Shown: positions 43,815 through 54,771 of the stretch, in pieces | Layout: each line of letters starts with the position of its first letter | Numbering within the stretch: the first letter of the stretch is position 1 | Source of the DNA: Gammaproteobacteria bacterium | GTDB taxonomy: Bacteria > Pseudomonadota > Gammaproteobacteria > G965277405 | Reading direction: 5' to 3' | Assembly: GCA_965277405.1 (NCBI GenBank) | Contig: OZ255726.1 | Span: forward strand, 800,001-864,000 | Length of the DNA: 64,000 nucleotides | Notes under the pieces: generated by a model | The model's input: the letters and a program-made list of their open reading frames with translations, nothing else | The model's database searches: none | What the model was told of the DNA's origin: nothing | Translations under genes and position numbers: made by a program

Positions 43815-44483
43815 TTGCAAAGATTGGAGTATCTTGAGTTGGATAACAAAAATTCCTGCCAAAGAGGCCATTTAGTTAAGGGCTGGCTGGCAGCAATCCC
43901 TCCCGAACGTAAAGATCACTACGGTAAGCATATTCGTCTTGAACCGTTGCGATCCAAGCATTTAGGTTCGCTGTATGCCGCTTTTAATGAGACCCCTGCA
44001 CACGACTGGTATTATATGCCATTCGGTCCTTTTAGGGAATTTCAGGATTTACAGGAGTGGAATTATCCTTATCTATCCAAAAACGACCCTTTATTTTTTG
44101 TTATTTTAAAACAAGGCACTGATGAAATGTTGGGTTTCCTTAGTTATTTAAATATAAGCCCTATGTGCGGCAGCATCGAAATTGGTTTCATACAGTTGTC
44201 TACAAAAATTCAACGTACAACGGCTGCAACAGAGGCTATTTGGCTTCTTATAAAACAGGCTTTTGCACTTGGTTATAGGCGTGTCGCATGGAAATGTGAT
44301 TCTTTAAACGGGCGCTCACGAAAGGCCGCAGTGCGCCTTGGGTTCACATTTGAAGGTGTTTTCAGGCAAGCTTTGGTGGTTAAAGGTCGAAATAGAGATA
44401 CTGCATGGTACTCAATCATTGATATAGAATGGGAAGAATTAAATAATATATTTAACTATTGGTTTGAAAATTCAACTTGTTAG
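43815..44483 (+). CDS. GNAT N-acetyltransferase (RimJ/RimL type)
   Basis: IRLEPL, GSIEIG, LGYRRVAWKCDSLN.RSRKAA.RLGF.FEG.FRQ, GRNRDTAWYSI. Confidence 0.9.
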   Translation: MQRLEYLELDNKNSCQRGHLVKGWLAAIPPERKDHYGKHIRLEPLRSKHLGSLYAAFNETPAHDWYYMPFGPFREFQDLQEWNYPYLSKNDPLFFVILKQGTDEMLGFLSYLNISPMCGSIEIGFIQLSTKIQRTTAATEAIWLLIKQAFALGYRRVAWKCDSLNGRSRKAAVRLGFTFEGVFRQALVVKGRNRDTAWYSIIDIEWEELNNIFNYWFENSTC

Positions 44484-44554
44484 GAGAAATATATACCACT
44501 CTCTAAGTTAATAAAAAATAGCAACGAGTTGATCGCATAATAATTAAAACTCTA

Positions 44555-45054
44555 CCAGCACCAGCACCAGCACCAGCATCGTGCGGCATGCATCGTCTGA
44601 TTCATCCATGGAGCAAAAATGGCTGTGTTCGAACTGCGAATAAGGCGCTTTCCACTCTCTCACTCTGGCGGGATATTTTGCATGATATTGGTTCTGATAG
44701 TTTTGCACAAACCGGTGTTTTTGCTCTGGATAATGCGGATGTCAGTTACCAATCTGTCCAAGGTATTGATAACAGATTGTTATCTGCAACAACTGTTGGA
44801 GAATTGATGCCTTTGCTAGCAGGTGTTAATTGCGGTTATGCACACCATTTTCCCCAGTTTGGTGTTTTATTTGCGGATAAAATATTGACTGACCTTGTTC
44901 AATATCTTCGCAACAATGGCGTACAGTTGTACGAAGGGAGTGCTGTAGTGTCGATTGACGCGCAAAGGGCTGAAGTCTACTTTTCTGATGGAAAAATTGT
45001 AGCTGGGGACAACATTATCATTGCAGCGGGATACGGAGCGGATGCTATCGTTAG
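44555..45054 (+). pseudogene. Internal fragment of an FAD-dependent oxidoreductase (DAO/sarcosine-oxidase-like), cut by IS5 copy 2
   Basis: HRLI, LW..., TGV, GVLFADKIL..L...L..NGV, GDNIIIAAGY; no N-terminal GxGxxG; preceded by an (ACCAGC)4 repeat. Confidence 0.6.
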
Positions 45055-46302
45055 GGGAGATCTGATTAAGTCCCAAACAACAGCAATATCAGCTAGGAAG
45101 ATATACAATGGTGAATCTATTTGAATATTTGAATAAGCGGATAATCTTATGCAACAAACAACTTCTGCCGGTGCTGCATACGACCACAAGAAAGTAACAA
45201 CGAAACGTGAGAAATTCTTGCAGTTGATGGACAAATTAGCTCCATGGCAACAGTTGTTAGAGTTAATAGAACCGCATTATCCCAAGAAAGGGAATGGCCG
45301 CCCACCGATTAATATGCAGACCATGTTACGCATGTATTTTTTAAAGCAATGGTACAACTTATCAAACCCAGGGGTAGCAGAAGCACTATATGACATGGAA
45401 AGCATGCGGCGTTTTGCCCATATAGAGCTGATAGACGATGCCATCCCTGATGAAACTACCATCTTGAACTGGCCCGCAGGATCATACAAAAACATCAACT
45501 CAGCGTCAAGATACTTGCTGTGGTGAATGAGTATTGTATGGAAAATAATATAACAATCTCACCAGGGACGATGGTTGATGCCACGATCATCCATGCACCA
45601 TCATCTACGAAGAATAAAGAGAAAGCCCGTGATCCTGAAATGCAGCAAACAAGGAAAGGCAAGCAGTGGTATTTTGGCATGAAGATTCATATAGGAACTG
45701 ACGCTAATAGCAATATGATTCATAGCGCGGCAATGCCTACCACCACAGCCGCGGCCCACCACCACAGCCGCGAATGAAGCTGACATCAATGAACTCCCCA
45801 AATTGCTGCGTGAAACAGATAAGGTTATCTTTGCCGATGCAGGATATACGAGCGACAGTTATAAACGCGGCTCGCGTCACCTTGGGATAGATTGGCGCAT
45901 GAATGATAAACGTAAACCAAAGCAGCAAATGAGCGGCTCGCAGCGCCAACGCAATACACAGAATTCTAAGGTGCGCGCCCGGATTGAGCACTGTTTTCGG
46001 GTAATCAAATGTCAGTTTGGTTATAAGAAAGCTCGCTACAAAGGACTAGAAAAGAACCGAGTACAAGTATTTTCTTTGCTTGCATTGACGAACTTATACA
46101 TGCTGCGCGGACGACTAACAGGATAGAACCGCCCAAAATTCAAGAAAAACAGTAAAAAACAATAAAAACAGTAAAAAACAGTAAAACAGCAACACGAAGA
46201 TCAGCGAAATGATCAAATATTGACCATTGAAAATTATTGCTATTACTTTTTTGGAGTATATACGAGTTATTGGAGTATATGCGAGTCTTAATCAGAGCTT
46301 CC
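45055..46302 (+). mobile_element. IS5-family element copy 2 (transposase in three pieces)
   Basis: TIRs GGGAGATCTGATTAAG / CTTAATCAGAGCTTCC; ORFs 45149-45526, 45520-45777 and 45803-46126; flanks TTAG/CTAG. Confidence 0.95.
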
Positions 46303-46324
46303 CTAGGCAATACGACAACATGAT

Positions 46325-47212
46325 TCATGCGCCGTCGAACATCTTGATGATGGCCGAGAAATCCTTGCCGCCATTGCCTCCGCCTGCGTACAGAGCATAC
46401 AGACTTTCGGCCAATGCCCCCATTGGAGTGGCAGCCCCAGCTGCGGCTGCAGCCTGTTGGGCGAGCTTTAGATCCTTCAGCATCATGTCTACGGCAAACC
46501 CTGGTTGATAGTCGTGATTGGCAGGTGACGTCGGTACTGGACCTGGAACTGGGCAATAGCTAGTCAACGACCAGCATTGTCCAGATGCCTGCGACGAGAT
46601 GTCAAACAGCTTCTGCGCATCCAGCCCAAGGCGCTTTGCCAGCATGAAGGACTCAGCAACAGCAATCATGTTAATACCCAGCACCATATTGTTGCAAATC
46701 TTCGCTGCCTGCCCAGCACCATTGTCGCCGGCATGGATGATGTTACTCCCCATTTTCTTAAGGATCGGTTGGGCATGGGCAAAATTAACTGCGCTACCGC
46801 CGACCATAAAGGTCAGCGTAGCAGCTACTGCCCCGGCTACGCCGCCGGAGACAGGAGCATCTACAGCGTCAATACCTTTTGCACGTGCAAGATCGGCGAC
46901 TTTCCGCGCAGTGTCGACCTCAATGGTGGAGCTGTCGATCAAAAGGGTGCCGGCTGCGACATGTTCCAAGACCCCATCTGTGCCATTATACACCGACAGC
47001 ACATGCTTGCCTGCAGGCAATACGGTAACAACGAATTCGACATCCTGTGCCGCATCGCCAACAGATTCTGCAGCCTTTGCACCTGCTTTGACCGCCGTAT
47101 CGACAGCAGTCGTAGACAGATCGAATACTTTCAGCTCATGCTTGGCTTGTAACAGATTGTTAGCCATTGGCCCGCCCATATTCCCAAGACCGATAAAACC
47201 TATTTTTGCCAT
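46325..47212 (-). CDS. mmsB: 3-hydroxyisobutyrate dehydrogenase
   Basis: IGFIGLGNMGGPMA, DAPVSGG, AKICNNM, SGQCWSLTSYCPVPG, KDFS; RBS GGAGG. Confidence 0.95.
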   Translation of the reverse strand: MAKIGFIGLGNMGGPMANNLLQAKHELKVFDLSTTAVDTAVKAGAKAAESVGDAAQDVEFVVTVLPAGKHVLSVYNGTDGVLEHVAAGTLLIDSSTIEVDTARKVADLARAKGIDAVDAPVSGGVAGAVAATLTFMVGGSAVNFAHAQPILKKMGSNIIHAGDNGAGQAAKICNNMVLGINMIAVAESFMLAKRLGLDAQKLFDISSQASGQCWSLTSYCPVPGPVPTSPANHDYQPGFAVDMMLKDLKLAQQAAAAAGAATPMGALAESLYALYAGGGNGGKDFSAIIKMFDGA

Positions 47213-47341
47213 GGTGACTCCTCCTTTAATTATTTGCTTGCCGAATTTACTGTCTGTAGGTGTTGTTTCCAGCATATTACTGTTTCATTGTAGTCCTGCA
47301 ACGTAAGTTGGCAACATGCTAGCTTTCATGCCCTTGCTGAG

Positions 47342-47636
47342 GGAAGCTCCGATTAAGTCCATGACAGGCGAGACGGAGCAAAAACGCTGATGGCTGATGA
47401 TTGCAAGACGCAGTGCGCAGATAATACTGGTGGTCTTGTGGGTATTGCCAAGTGCTGCAACGACGTAGTACCGCTTTTTTCCCGTCATCTATTGAATATA
47501 TGATGGTTTGCGGCAGCGGTACTTGCTGTGTTGCATCCCTTGGCGTATAGCTGAGCATGCGCTCAGCAGTTTGCGCCTTGCAATCATCAGCAATTACAGG
47601 CAAACTCGCTCCATCAGCGAGTTAATCAGAGTTTCC
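47342..47636 (-). mobile_element. MITE copy 5
   Basis: GGAAGCTCCGATTAAG ... GTTAATCAGAGTTTCC; flanks TGAG/TTAG. Confidence 0.92.
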
Positions 47637-47649
47637 TTAGCATTTACAC

Positions 47650-48099
47650 TTAGCGCTTATTTTTCCCATCATGGATTTTATGATTTTTATCGAGGATCAG
47701 CACGTAAATCATACTTTCATCAAAAAAACCATGAACGCGTAGAGTATCATTAAGTTGAAAGCTATAAAAACCTTCATCCTCTGAGGCAAGCGTTTCGCCA
47801 TCCATGGGTGGTCTTTGCTTTATCAATACACCTGGGACTTTTCCCTGATGCTTATGGCAATTACCAGAGTTTCGATATCCAGTTACTTCTTGGTTAGATG
47901 CTGTTCTTAACCACTTTACAAAGCACTTAGTTGATTTTTTATCCCATGCAGAAAGACACTCATGTTTTTCATCAAAATATCTAAAGGAGAATTCGCATTT
48001 TTTTTGCTTAACTTGAACTTGCTTCGTATCAAGATGATGCGTTGCTATGCTTTGTTCTGGGACACTAAACTGTTTGATTTCTTTGGAGTTCTTTTCCAT
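47650..48099 (-). CDS. Putative toxin partner of the Panacea antitoxin (RelE-like RNase, MAG6450-like pattern)
   Basis: Overlaps the antitoxin 3' end; FSFRYFD near the N-terminus and RVHGFF..YVLILD.NH at the C-terminus. Confidence 0.65.
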   Translation of the reverse strand: MEKNSKEIKQFSVPEQSIATHHLDTKQVQVKQKKCEFSFRYFDEKHECLSAWDKKSTKCFVKWLRTASNQEVTGYRNSGNCHKHQGKVPGVLIKQRPPMDGETLASEDEGFYSFQLNDTLRVHGFFDESMIYVLILDKNHKIHDGKNKR

Positions 48100-48544
48100 A
48101 AAACATTTGCATAGATTCTTTAGAAATAACTTCGTTACACCTATCGTGCGGTAATAAATTTCCGCGAGCTGTTTGCCATGGATGTTCTATATGAGTTTTT
48201 TTTTCAAGGGCTTTAGCAGAAAATTGCCCGTACTCTTTATCAACCAAAGACAAAAAGCCCTTAATCTCTCCAGAGTTTATAGCTGGTGCATTATCAATTT
48301 TGGCAAGATGTTGCGACCAGTTTATACCTTTAAAGTGATGATACGCAGCTGTGCATACTGGACCATGAGCCCACGCCTCAAATTCTTCATCAATGAGCGG
48401 CTCATCAGTATTTGCCAAATGCCATGCTTGCGCATAATACATGAGCTTATGCAGCTTTAAGTGCGTAACGACATCGCCTGAATCTACATCACAACTCTCA
48501 ATAAACCAATTTGCTAAGGATTGCCAAGTTATATATTTGCACAT
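48065..48544 (-). CDS. Panacea-domain (SocA/DUF4065) antitoxin
   Basis: THLKLHKLMYYAQAWHLA, EFEAWAHGPV, YGQFSA..L...TH.E.PW. Confidence 0.9.
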   Translation of the reverse strand: MCKYITWQSLANWFIESCDVDSGDVVTHLKLHKLMYYAQAWHLANTDEPLIDEEFEAWAHGPVCTAAYHHFKGINWSQHLAKIDNAPAINSGEIKGFLSLVDKEYGQFSAKALEKKTHIEHPWQTARGNLLPHDRCNEVISKESMQMFYGKELQRNQTV

Positions 48545-48639
48545 AATTACTCTCCGATTTTATCCCAATGTGCATAGGGCATGCCTATGCTTTTTTGCAG
48601 AATATCCATAATTTCATACAAAAGCAAAACAAAATGTAA

Positions 48640-48933
48640 GGAACATCCGATTAAGTCGTTGATGAGCGAGACGGAGAAAAAACGCTGATGGCTGATGATT
48701 CCAAGACGCAGTGCGTAGATAATACTGGTGGTCGTGGGTATTGCCAAGTGCTGCAACGACGTAGTATCGCTTTTTCCCAGTCCTCTATTGAAGATATGAT
48801 GGTTTGCTGCAGCTCAGCTTGCTGTGTTGCACCCCTTGGCGTATAGCTAGGTCATGCGCGCAGCGGTTTGCGCCTTGAAATTATCAGCAATTGCCAGCAA
48901 ACTCGCTCCATCAGCGAGTTAATCAGAGCTACC
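48640..48933 (-). mobile_element. MITE copy 6
   Basis: GGAACATCCGATTAAG ... GTTAATCAGAGCTACC; flanks do not match. Confidence 0.9.
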
Positions 48934-49026
48934 CTTTGTGTTGGTTTAACCAAATGCAAAGATATAATTTACTAAAACCGTTTTTTTGTTTACCTTATGC
49001 AAAAGTTTAAATTGACAACCTAAACA

Positions 49027-50253
49027 ATGACCAAAATCGACAAATACATAATGCCCGCAGAATTTGAACAGCAAGCGGCGGTTTGGATGGGGTGGCCAAC
49101 CTTCCAATGGTATTCAGGATCAGATATGGACACAAGAATACCACTGGCCAATATTATTCAAATCCTTGCGGATGCTGGCGTAGTCGTGCGGATCATGTGC
49201 ACAGACAAAGCAGGTGAAGACGCCGTGAGGAACTGGTTCTCCGTGCATGGATACCTGATGTCAGCTCATATTGAGTTCGTTCATATCCCGCAAATTGATA
49301 TTTGGCAAAGGGACTTCGGTCCCATATTCCTGCGCAATGGCAGTGGTGAGTTGGGAATGGCTAGTTTTTTGCAAAACCAATGGGGATACTCGCAGACGAC
49401 TAATCCAACATCAGCAGCTATGGCAAAAGTTCCGCAGCTAGTGGCGCAACATCTCAAGATTAACCTCAATATCAATGCTGCCATCGTCAGTGAGGGAGGC
49501 AACCGTATTATCAATGGACGCGGTGTGCTGCTTGTCGGTCGTGCTGTTGAGTTGCAACGCAATCCCACAGCTACCCACAGCCAAATGGAAACAGCGTACC
49601 AACAAGCGCTGGGAGTAACCAAGATCATATGGTTGGATCATGGCGTTTACGAAGATCTACATTCGGACTGGGGTCCGATACCTTATAGCAGCAAAGATGG
49701 AAACTGTATTTTTCTATATGGCCCGCAAACAACTGGAGGACACTTGGATGAATTTGTGCGTTTCGCTGGACCAAATACAATTATATTAGCTGGTGTCACC
49801 GAGGAGGAAGCAGCAACAAATCCGCTAGCAGCAGTCAATTACGCCAGGCTCGAAGGTGCATACCGCATTCTTGCCACTGCCAAGGACCAAAGTGGCAAGC
49901 CGTTTGAAATTATCCGCCTGCCAGTCCCAGATATCGAATATCAGCAAATCGAGCCAGGCGAACGGATGTATGATTGGCTAGCCGCACTGAGATATCCGCC
50001 AAACGTGCCTCCCTTCCCCAAGGGACATTCGATTTACGTCGTCAAACCCTCCAGTTATGCCAACTATTTTGTTGCCAATACAGTTGTTGTTGCGCCAGCG
50101 TATAATAATCCGCAGAAGGACGAAGAGGCGGCTGGCGTACTCGCTGCGGCCTACAACGGCCGTAAGGTAAGGCAGATAGACCCAACTGCCCTCAACTACG
50201 CTGGAGGCGGGATACATTGCTGCACCCAGCAGCAACCCGCTGGCAATCCATGA
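49027..50253 (+). CDS. Agmatine deiminase family protein
   Basis: MPAEFE..AVWMGWP, W.RDFGP, EGG, GGHLDEFVRF, SYANY, GGGIHCCTQQQP. Confidence 0.93.
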   Translation: MTKIDKYIMPAEFEQQAAVWMGWPTFQWYSGSDMDTRIPLANIIQILADAGVVVRIMCTDKAGEDAVRNWFSVHGYLMSAHIEFVHIPQIDIWQRDFGPIFLRNGSGELGMASFLQNQWGYSQTTNPTSAAMAKVPQLVAQHLKINLNINAAIVSEGGNRIINGRGVLLVGRAVELQRNPTATHSQMETAYQQALGVTKIIWLDHGVYEDLHSDWGPIPYSSKDGNCIFLYGPQTTGGHLDEFVRFAGPNTIILAGVTEEEAATNPLAAVNYARLEGAYRILATAKDQSGKPFEIIRLPVPDIEYQQIEPGERMYDWLAALRYPPNVPPFPKGHSIYVVKPSSYANYFVANTVVVAPAYNNPQKDEEAAGVLAAAYNGRKVRQIDPTALNYAGGGIHCCTQQQPAGNP

Positions 50254-50289
50254 AGATGCCTAGTTATATTTACACTCTTGGAACTCTAA

Positions 50290-50600
50290 GGAAGCTCTGA
50301 TTAAGTCGCTGATGGAGCGAGTTTGCCTGCAATTGCTGATGATTACACGCAGCATTCCTTGGCGCAAGGCATAGCATATGCACCACGGAATGCAACACAG
50401 CGAGTACCGCAGCCGCAGACCATCATATAATATTGAACAGAGGTCGGGGAACAGATGTCGGGCAAAACGCTGCGCTAACGCTGTTGCCGCACTTATAATA
50501 GCCACTATAAATACCCACCAGTGTTATCATCGCACTGCGCATAAGTTATCATCAGCATTATTGCTCCGTCTCGCCCATCATGGAATTATTTAGAAATTCC
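50290..50600 (+). mobile_element. MITE copy 7 (diverged)
   Basis: Left TIR GGAAGCTCTGATTAAG; degenerate right TIR ATTATTTAGAAATTCC; conserved internal blocks. Confidence 0.88.
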
Positions 50601-50644
50601 TTGACAATTGATTTACCATTTTTATTTAAGCATAGGATGATACA

Positions 50645-51376
50645 ATGACAAACGAAAACATTAAGGTTCAAACTAACGCTGGTGTTATCGACACAGGTGT
50701 TGTCGGCACTCGTTATCCCGTAACTGGATTTTTTACGTCTGGCGCCGGAGCAAGTGATAAAGGATGGGCGCCACAGCCTTACGAAACATTTTCCTACGAT
50801 CTGGCCTTAAAAGCCGCGATGATTGAAAACTTCAACATCGTGCCGTATACGTCTGTGCTTCCTCCAGAGTTGGAGATAATACCTGTCGCAGCGGCGAAGA
50901 AATATTTTCACCACGGGGCGGTGCTTGAGATCATCTATGCGATGATCGGTATCACCTATTCAACCAGTCCCAAAAAAAGCAATATTGGCATCCATACCCA
51001 TGGTCACAACTATGATTTAGATTCCAACGAAACCGTTATGGCCGCAGCGACCTGCATAGGTATATTGCAAAATGTCCTCGATCCAGCTGGTCAGAATGTT
51101 GGCGGCTACGTTGCGGAATATACAGGAGTCTTCGACAAGCACGTTGGACTTGCTGCAGCCCAGCAGCAAGCAGACGATCAGTTGAATCAGTCACTGGACC
51201 ACATCCTGCAAATTCGCGGATTTCAAGGTGGAATTCGCAGCATTCGACCAGTCAGCTACGTTGAAGTCTCAGAACAGCAACGTTTTGGCTCGACATTGAA
51301 CGGAATGGGTTTTATCAATTTTAAGCACGCGACACCATATCCGTCTATAGCTACCGCCAGCAGCAGCCTTAGCTAA
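50645..51376 (+). CDS. Pyruvoyl-dependent arginine decarboxylase
   Basis: FFTSGAG.SD, ETFSYDLAL..A.IENFNIVPYT|SVLP (Thr-Ser autocleavage site), HGAVLE, GGYVAEY. Confidence 0.88.
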   Translation: MTNENIKVQTNAGVIDTGVVGTRYPVTGFFTSGAGASDKGWAPQPYETFSYDLALKAAMIENFNIVPYTSVLPPELEIIPVAAAKKYFHHGAVLEIIYAMIGITYSTSPKKSNIGIHTHGHNYDLDSNETVMAAATCIGILQNVLDPAGQNVGGYVAEYTGVFDKHVGLAAAQQQADDQLNQSLDHILQIRGFQGGIRSIRPVSYVEVSEQQRFGSTLNGMGFINFKHATPYPSIATASSSLS

Positions 51377-51544
51377 CGCGGTATTGCAGCAGGGTATGGC
51401 GCAGTCTGCTCCATACCCTCACTGGCTTTTTTTCAATCGGTCTAGATAGCGCCGTCCCCGCCCTGTCCATCTTGAGTGCACACCTGTGCAACTTACCAAC
51501 TTGATCTTGCTGGCGGATTAGCTGCAACAATGCTCTTGCGCTAA

Positions 51545-52805
51545 GGAAGTTCTGATTAAGTCGCTCATATACTCCAATAACTCTCATATACTCTAAGAAA
51601 GTAATAGCAATAATTTTCAATGGTCAATATTTGATCATTTCGCTGATCTTCGTGTTGCTGTTTTACTGTTTTTTACTGTTTTTATTGTTTTTTACTGTTT
51701 TTCTTGAATTTTGGGCGGTTCTATCCTGTTAGTCGTCCTCGCAGCATGTATAAGTTCGTCAATGCCAGCAAAGAAAATACTTGTACTCGGTTCTTTTCTA
51801 GTCCTTTGTAGCGAGCTTTCTTATAACCAAACTGACATTTGATTACCCGAAAACAGTGCTCAATCCGGGCGCGCACCTTAGAGTTCTGTCTATTGCGTTT
51901 GCGCTGCGAGGTGCTCATTTGCTGCTTTGGTTTACGTTTATCGTTCACGCGCCAATGTATCCCAAGGTGACGCGAGCCGCGTTTATAACTGTCGCTCGTA
52001 TATCCTGCATCGGCAAAGATAACCTTATCTGTTTCACGCAGCAATTTGGGGAGTTCATTGATGTCCGCTTCATTCGCGGCTATCGTGGTGGTGGGCCGCG
52101 GCTGTGGTGGTAGGCATTGCCGCGCTATGAATCATATTGCTATTAGCGTCAGTTCCTATATGAATCTTCATGCCAAAATACCACTGATTGCCTTTGCGGG
52201 TTTGATGCATTTCAGGATCCCGTTTTTTCTCTTTATTCTTCGTAGATGATGGTGCATGGGTGATCGTGGCAGCAACCATTGTCCCTGGTGAGATTATTAT
52301 ATTATTTTCCATACAATACTCATTCACCACAGCAAGTATCTTGACGCTGAGTTGATGCTTTTCTATGATCCTGCGGGACCAGTTCAAGATGGTGGTTGCA
52401 GCAGGGATGGCATCGTCTATCAGCTCTATATGGGCAAAACGCCGCATGCTTTCCATGTCATATAGTGCTTCTGCTACGCCTGGGTCTGATAAGTTGTACC
52501 ATTGCTGTAAAAAATAAATGCGTAACATGGTCTGCATATTAATCGGTGGGCGGCCATTCCCTTTCTTGGGATAATGCGGTTCTATTAACTCTAACAACTG
52601 TTGCCATGGAGCTAATTTGTCCATTAACTGCAAGAATTTTTTTTGGTTTCGTTGTTACTTTCTTGTGGTCGTATGCAGCACTGGCAAAAGTTGTTTGTTT
52701 CATAAGATTATCCGCTTATTCAAATATTCAAATATTCAAATAGATTCACCATTGTATATCTTTGTAGCTGATATTGCTGTTGTTTGGGACTTAATCAGAG
52801 ATTCC
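51545..52805 (-). mobile_element. IS5-family element copy 3
   Basis: TIRs GGAAGTTCTGATTAAG / CTTAATCAGAGATTCC; CTAA duplication; ORFs 52070-52633 and 51721-52044. Confidence 0.95.
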
Positions 52806-52834
52806 CTAAACAACCTCCGTAGCATTTACACCTA

Positions 52835-53038
52835 GTGATCTGCCATAAATGCGGTTCTTCCGCAATCCGCATTTATGGAACTCGACCAAATGAAGCATTT
52901 GTGGAGCGGTGGCGCAAATGCTTAAGCTGTGATCATCGCTGGAAAACAGCGGAAGAAACCCATGGTGATGTAAAACGTTATACGTGTAAATCTCAATCCA
53001 CGCGGCCAACGCAGCAAGGATTATTTGATGCCAAGTGA
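52835..53038 (+). CDS. Small phage zinc-ribbon protein (Ogr/Delta- or NrdR-N-like)
   Basis: CHKCGS and RWRKCLSCDHRWKTAE; overlaps the head morphogenesis gene. Confidence 0.65.
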   Translation: MICHKCGSSAIRIYGTRPNEAFVERWRKCLSCDHRWKTAEETHGDVKRYTCKSQSTRPTQQGLFDAK

Positions 53039-54771
53039 AAGTGTTAATCTGTATATAGAAAAAACCATCCGTAGGGCGATAGTACGTCGTAGTGTCACCA
53101 TTTTCTTGTTAAAATACGATGCTGCTTTTGAGCGATTAACGACTGACTTAAAAGATATGTATACGCGGGCGTGGAGTGATACTGCCAAGAGTGGGATTGC
53201 CAGAGCTCTTGATGTAAGTCGTGATTTGGGGACGACAATCGCCAAGGAGGATATTGATGTTATCTATAAGGTATTGGCCAATGATTTAGGTGGCGATGCA
53301 ATGGTTGCGGCATTGCGCAAACCAATTATCAATCTGGGTGGTGCGTTGTATAAAAATAGGCGCCAAAGAAGTAGCGGTTGATATTGGTTTTCAAACTGTC
53401 GATTTTGATGCGCTAGAGCAAATCCATACTAGCAATCTGTTTTGGGTTGGGCAGCATTGGGACAGTCATACCAGCAAAATTATTAACAGCAAGTTAGATG
53501 CTTTATTTACCGACGGCATGACTCAACCGCAATTGGCCAAGGCTCTAGCGCACGGCTTAGCTGATGTCGTTGATAAAAGCAGTGCGTATTGGCATATGCT
53601 GGCAGATCATACTGCGACAAAAACCCGTGAGATGGGTCGAGTGACAGGCTATTAACGCGCTGGGATTCAATATGTAAAAGTACAGGCGTATCTAGACGAT
53701 AAAACGTCTGCGGTGTGCCGTGAATTGCACGGTACCATTATCCCAGTCACCCAATTAACACAACAACGCCATAGATATTTAGCTGCTACTAATAACAAAG
53801 ATGCCGATGCTGCAAAATCAGCTTGGAAAATGTTTAGTACCACAACTCCTGTCGATCACAGCGCAGGTTCACCACCGTATCATTTTAATTGCCGCACCAT
53901 CACGGTTGCGTATCAGCCAACAGGTGGTGGGCATTGGCAGCCAGAACAGACGACAACAGCGGCTACAAACCCTGTTGCGAGCTTTACAAACAGCAGTGAT
54001 CCAAAGCTCTACGAGCGTGAAGGTACAAAGGTGCGCGAGGGCATTTTCAACAGCAAAATGCGCAACGGTAAAACGTTCCTTGATGGGCTTGTCGATGTGC
54101 AAAACTCACAGGATTTTGCTAAATCAGGACAGCTATATATCGGCGAATTTCAAGAGCAGTTGTTGGCGCGATTAGCGGCAGTGCGTGGCATTAACAACGT
54201 GGCACTGGTGAAAGGTAACGGCAAAGGCGCGAAATTGGTGCGAGAAGCCTCGCAACGTTATCCAGATGACTGGACGGATAAGACCAATGAGCTGGGGGAG
54301 TTGAGTGCGAAAGCACTTAGTACTAGAGGGTACTATAGTAGATATCAGAATCTGATCGTAGCTAATAATCATCATACCGCAACGCACGAATATGCACATC
54401 ACCTGCAACGCGGTGTTCCAGAACTCGATAAAGTATTTCAATCAGTACATAAGCAACGCACGCGAGGAGATAAATTGGAAGCATTACGTACTGTGACTAG
54501 CATTACAAAATACGCGTGGTCTGAGGTTGCTCGCAAAGATGGATATTATGACCCGTATGTTGGACGAGAATATAGTAATGATCCTGATGCGCCTGCTCAA
54601 GAAGTGCTTACAATGTCTTTTGATAAACTTCTTGGTAAAGTCGACAAAGGTTCTACGCGGCAATCTGTACGACGCGCAGAGCATGATACTAAACTTTTTT
54701 TTGATTTTATCCGCATCGACCAGCCACTATTCGACACCGCACTCGGACTACTGTTTACATACAAACCATGA
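53028..54771 (+). pseudogene. MuF/gpF-like phage head morphogenesis protein with C-terminal HExxH extension (frameshift near 53355, stop at 53653-53655)
   Basis: GY*RAGIQYVKVQAYLDDKTSAVCRELHG and PPYHFNCRT are MuF motifs; about 280-aa extension containing TATHEYAHHLQ. Confidence 0.8.

Noticed and set aside
47342-50600. MITE-separated genes as a classical integron
   Set aside because: There is no intI or attC pattern; the spacers have IS5 TIRs and occur in both orientations.
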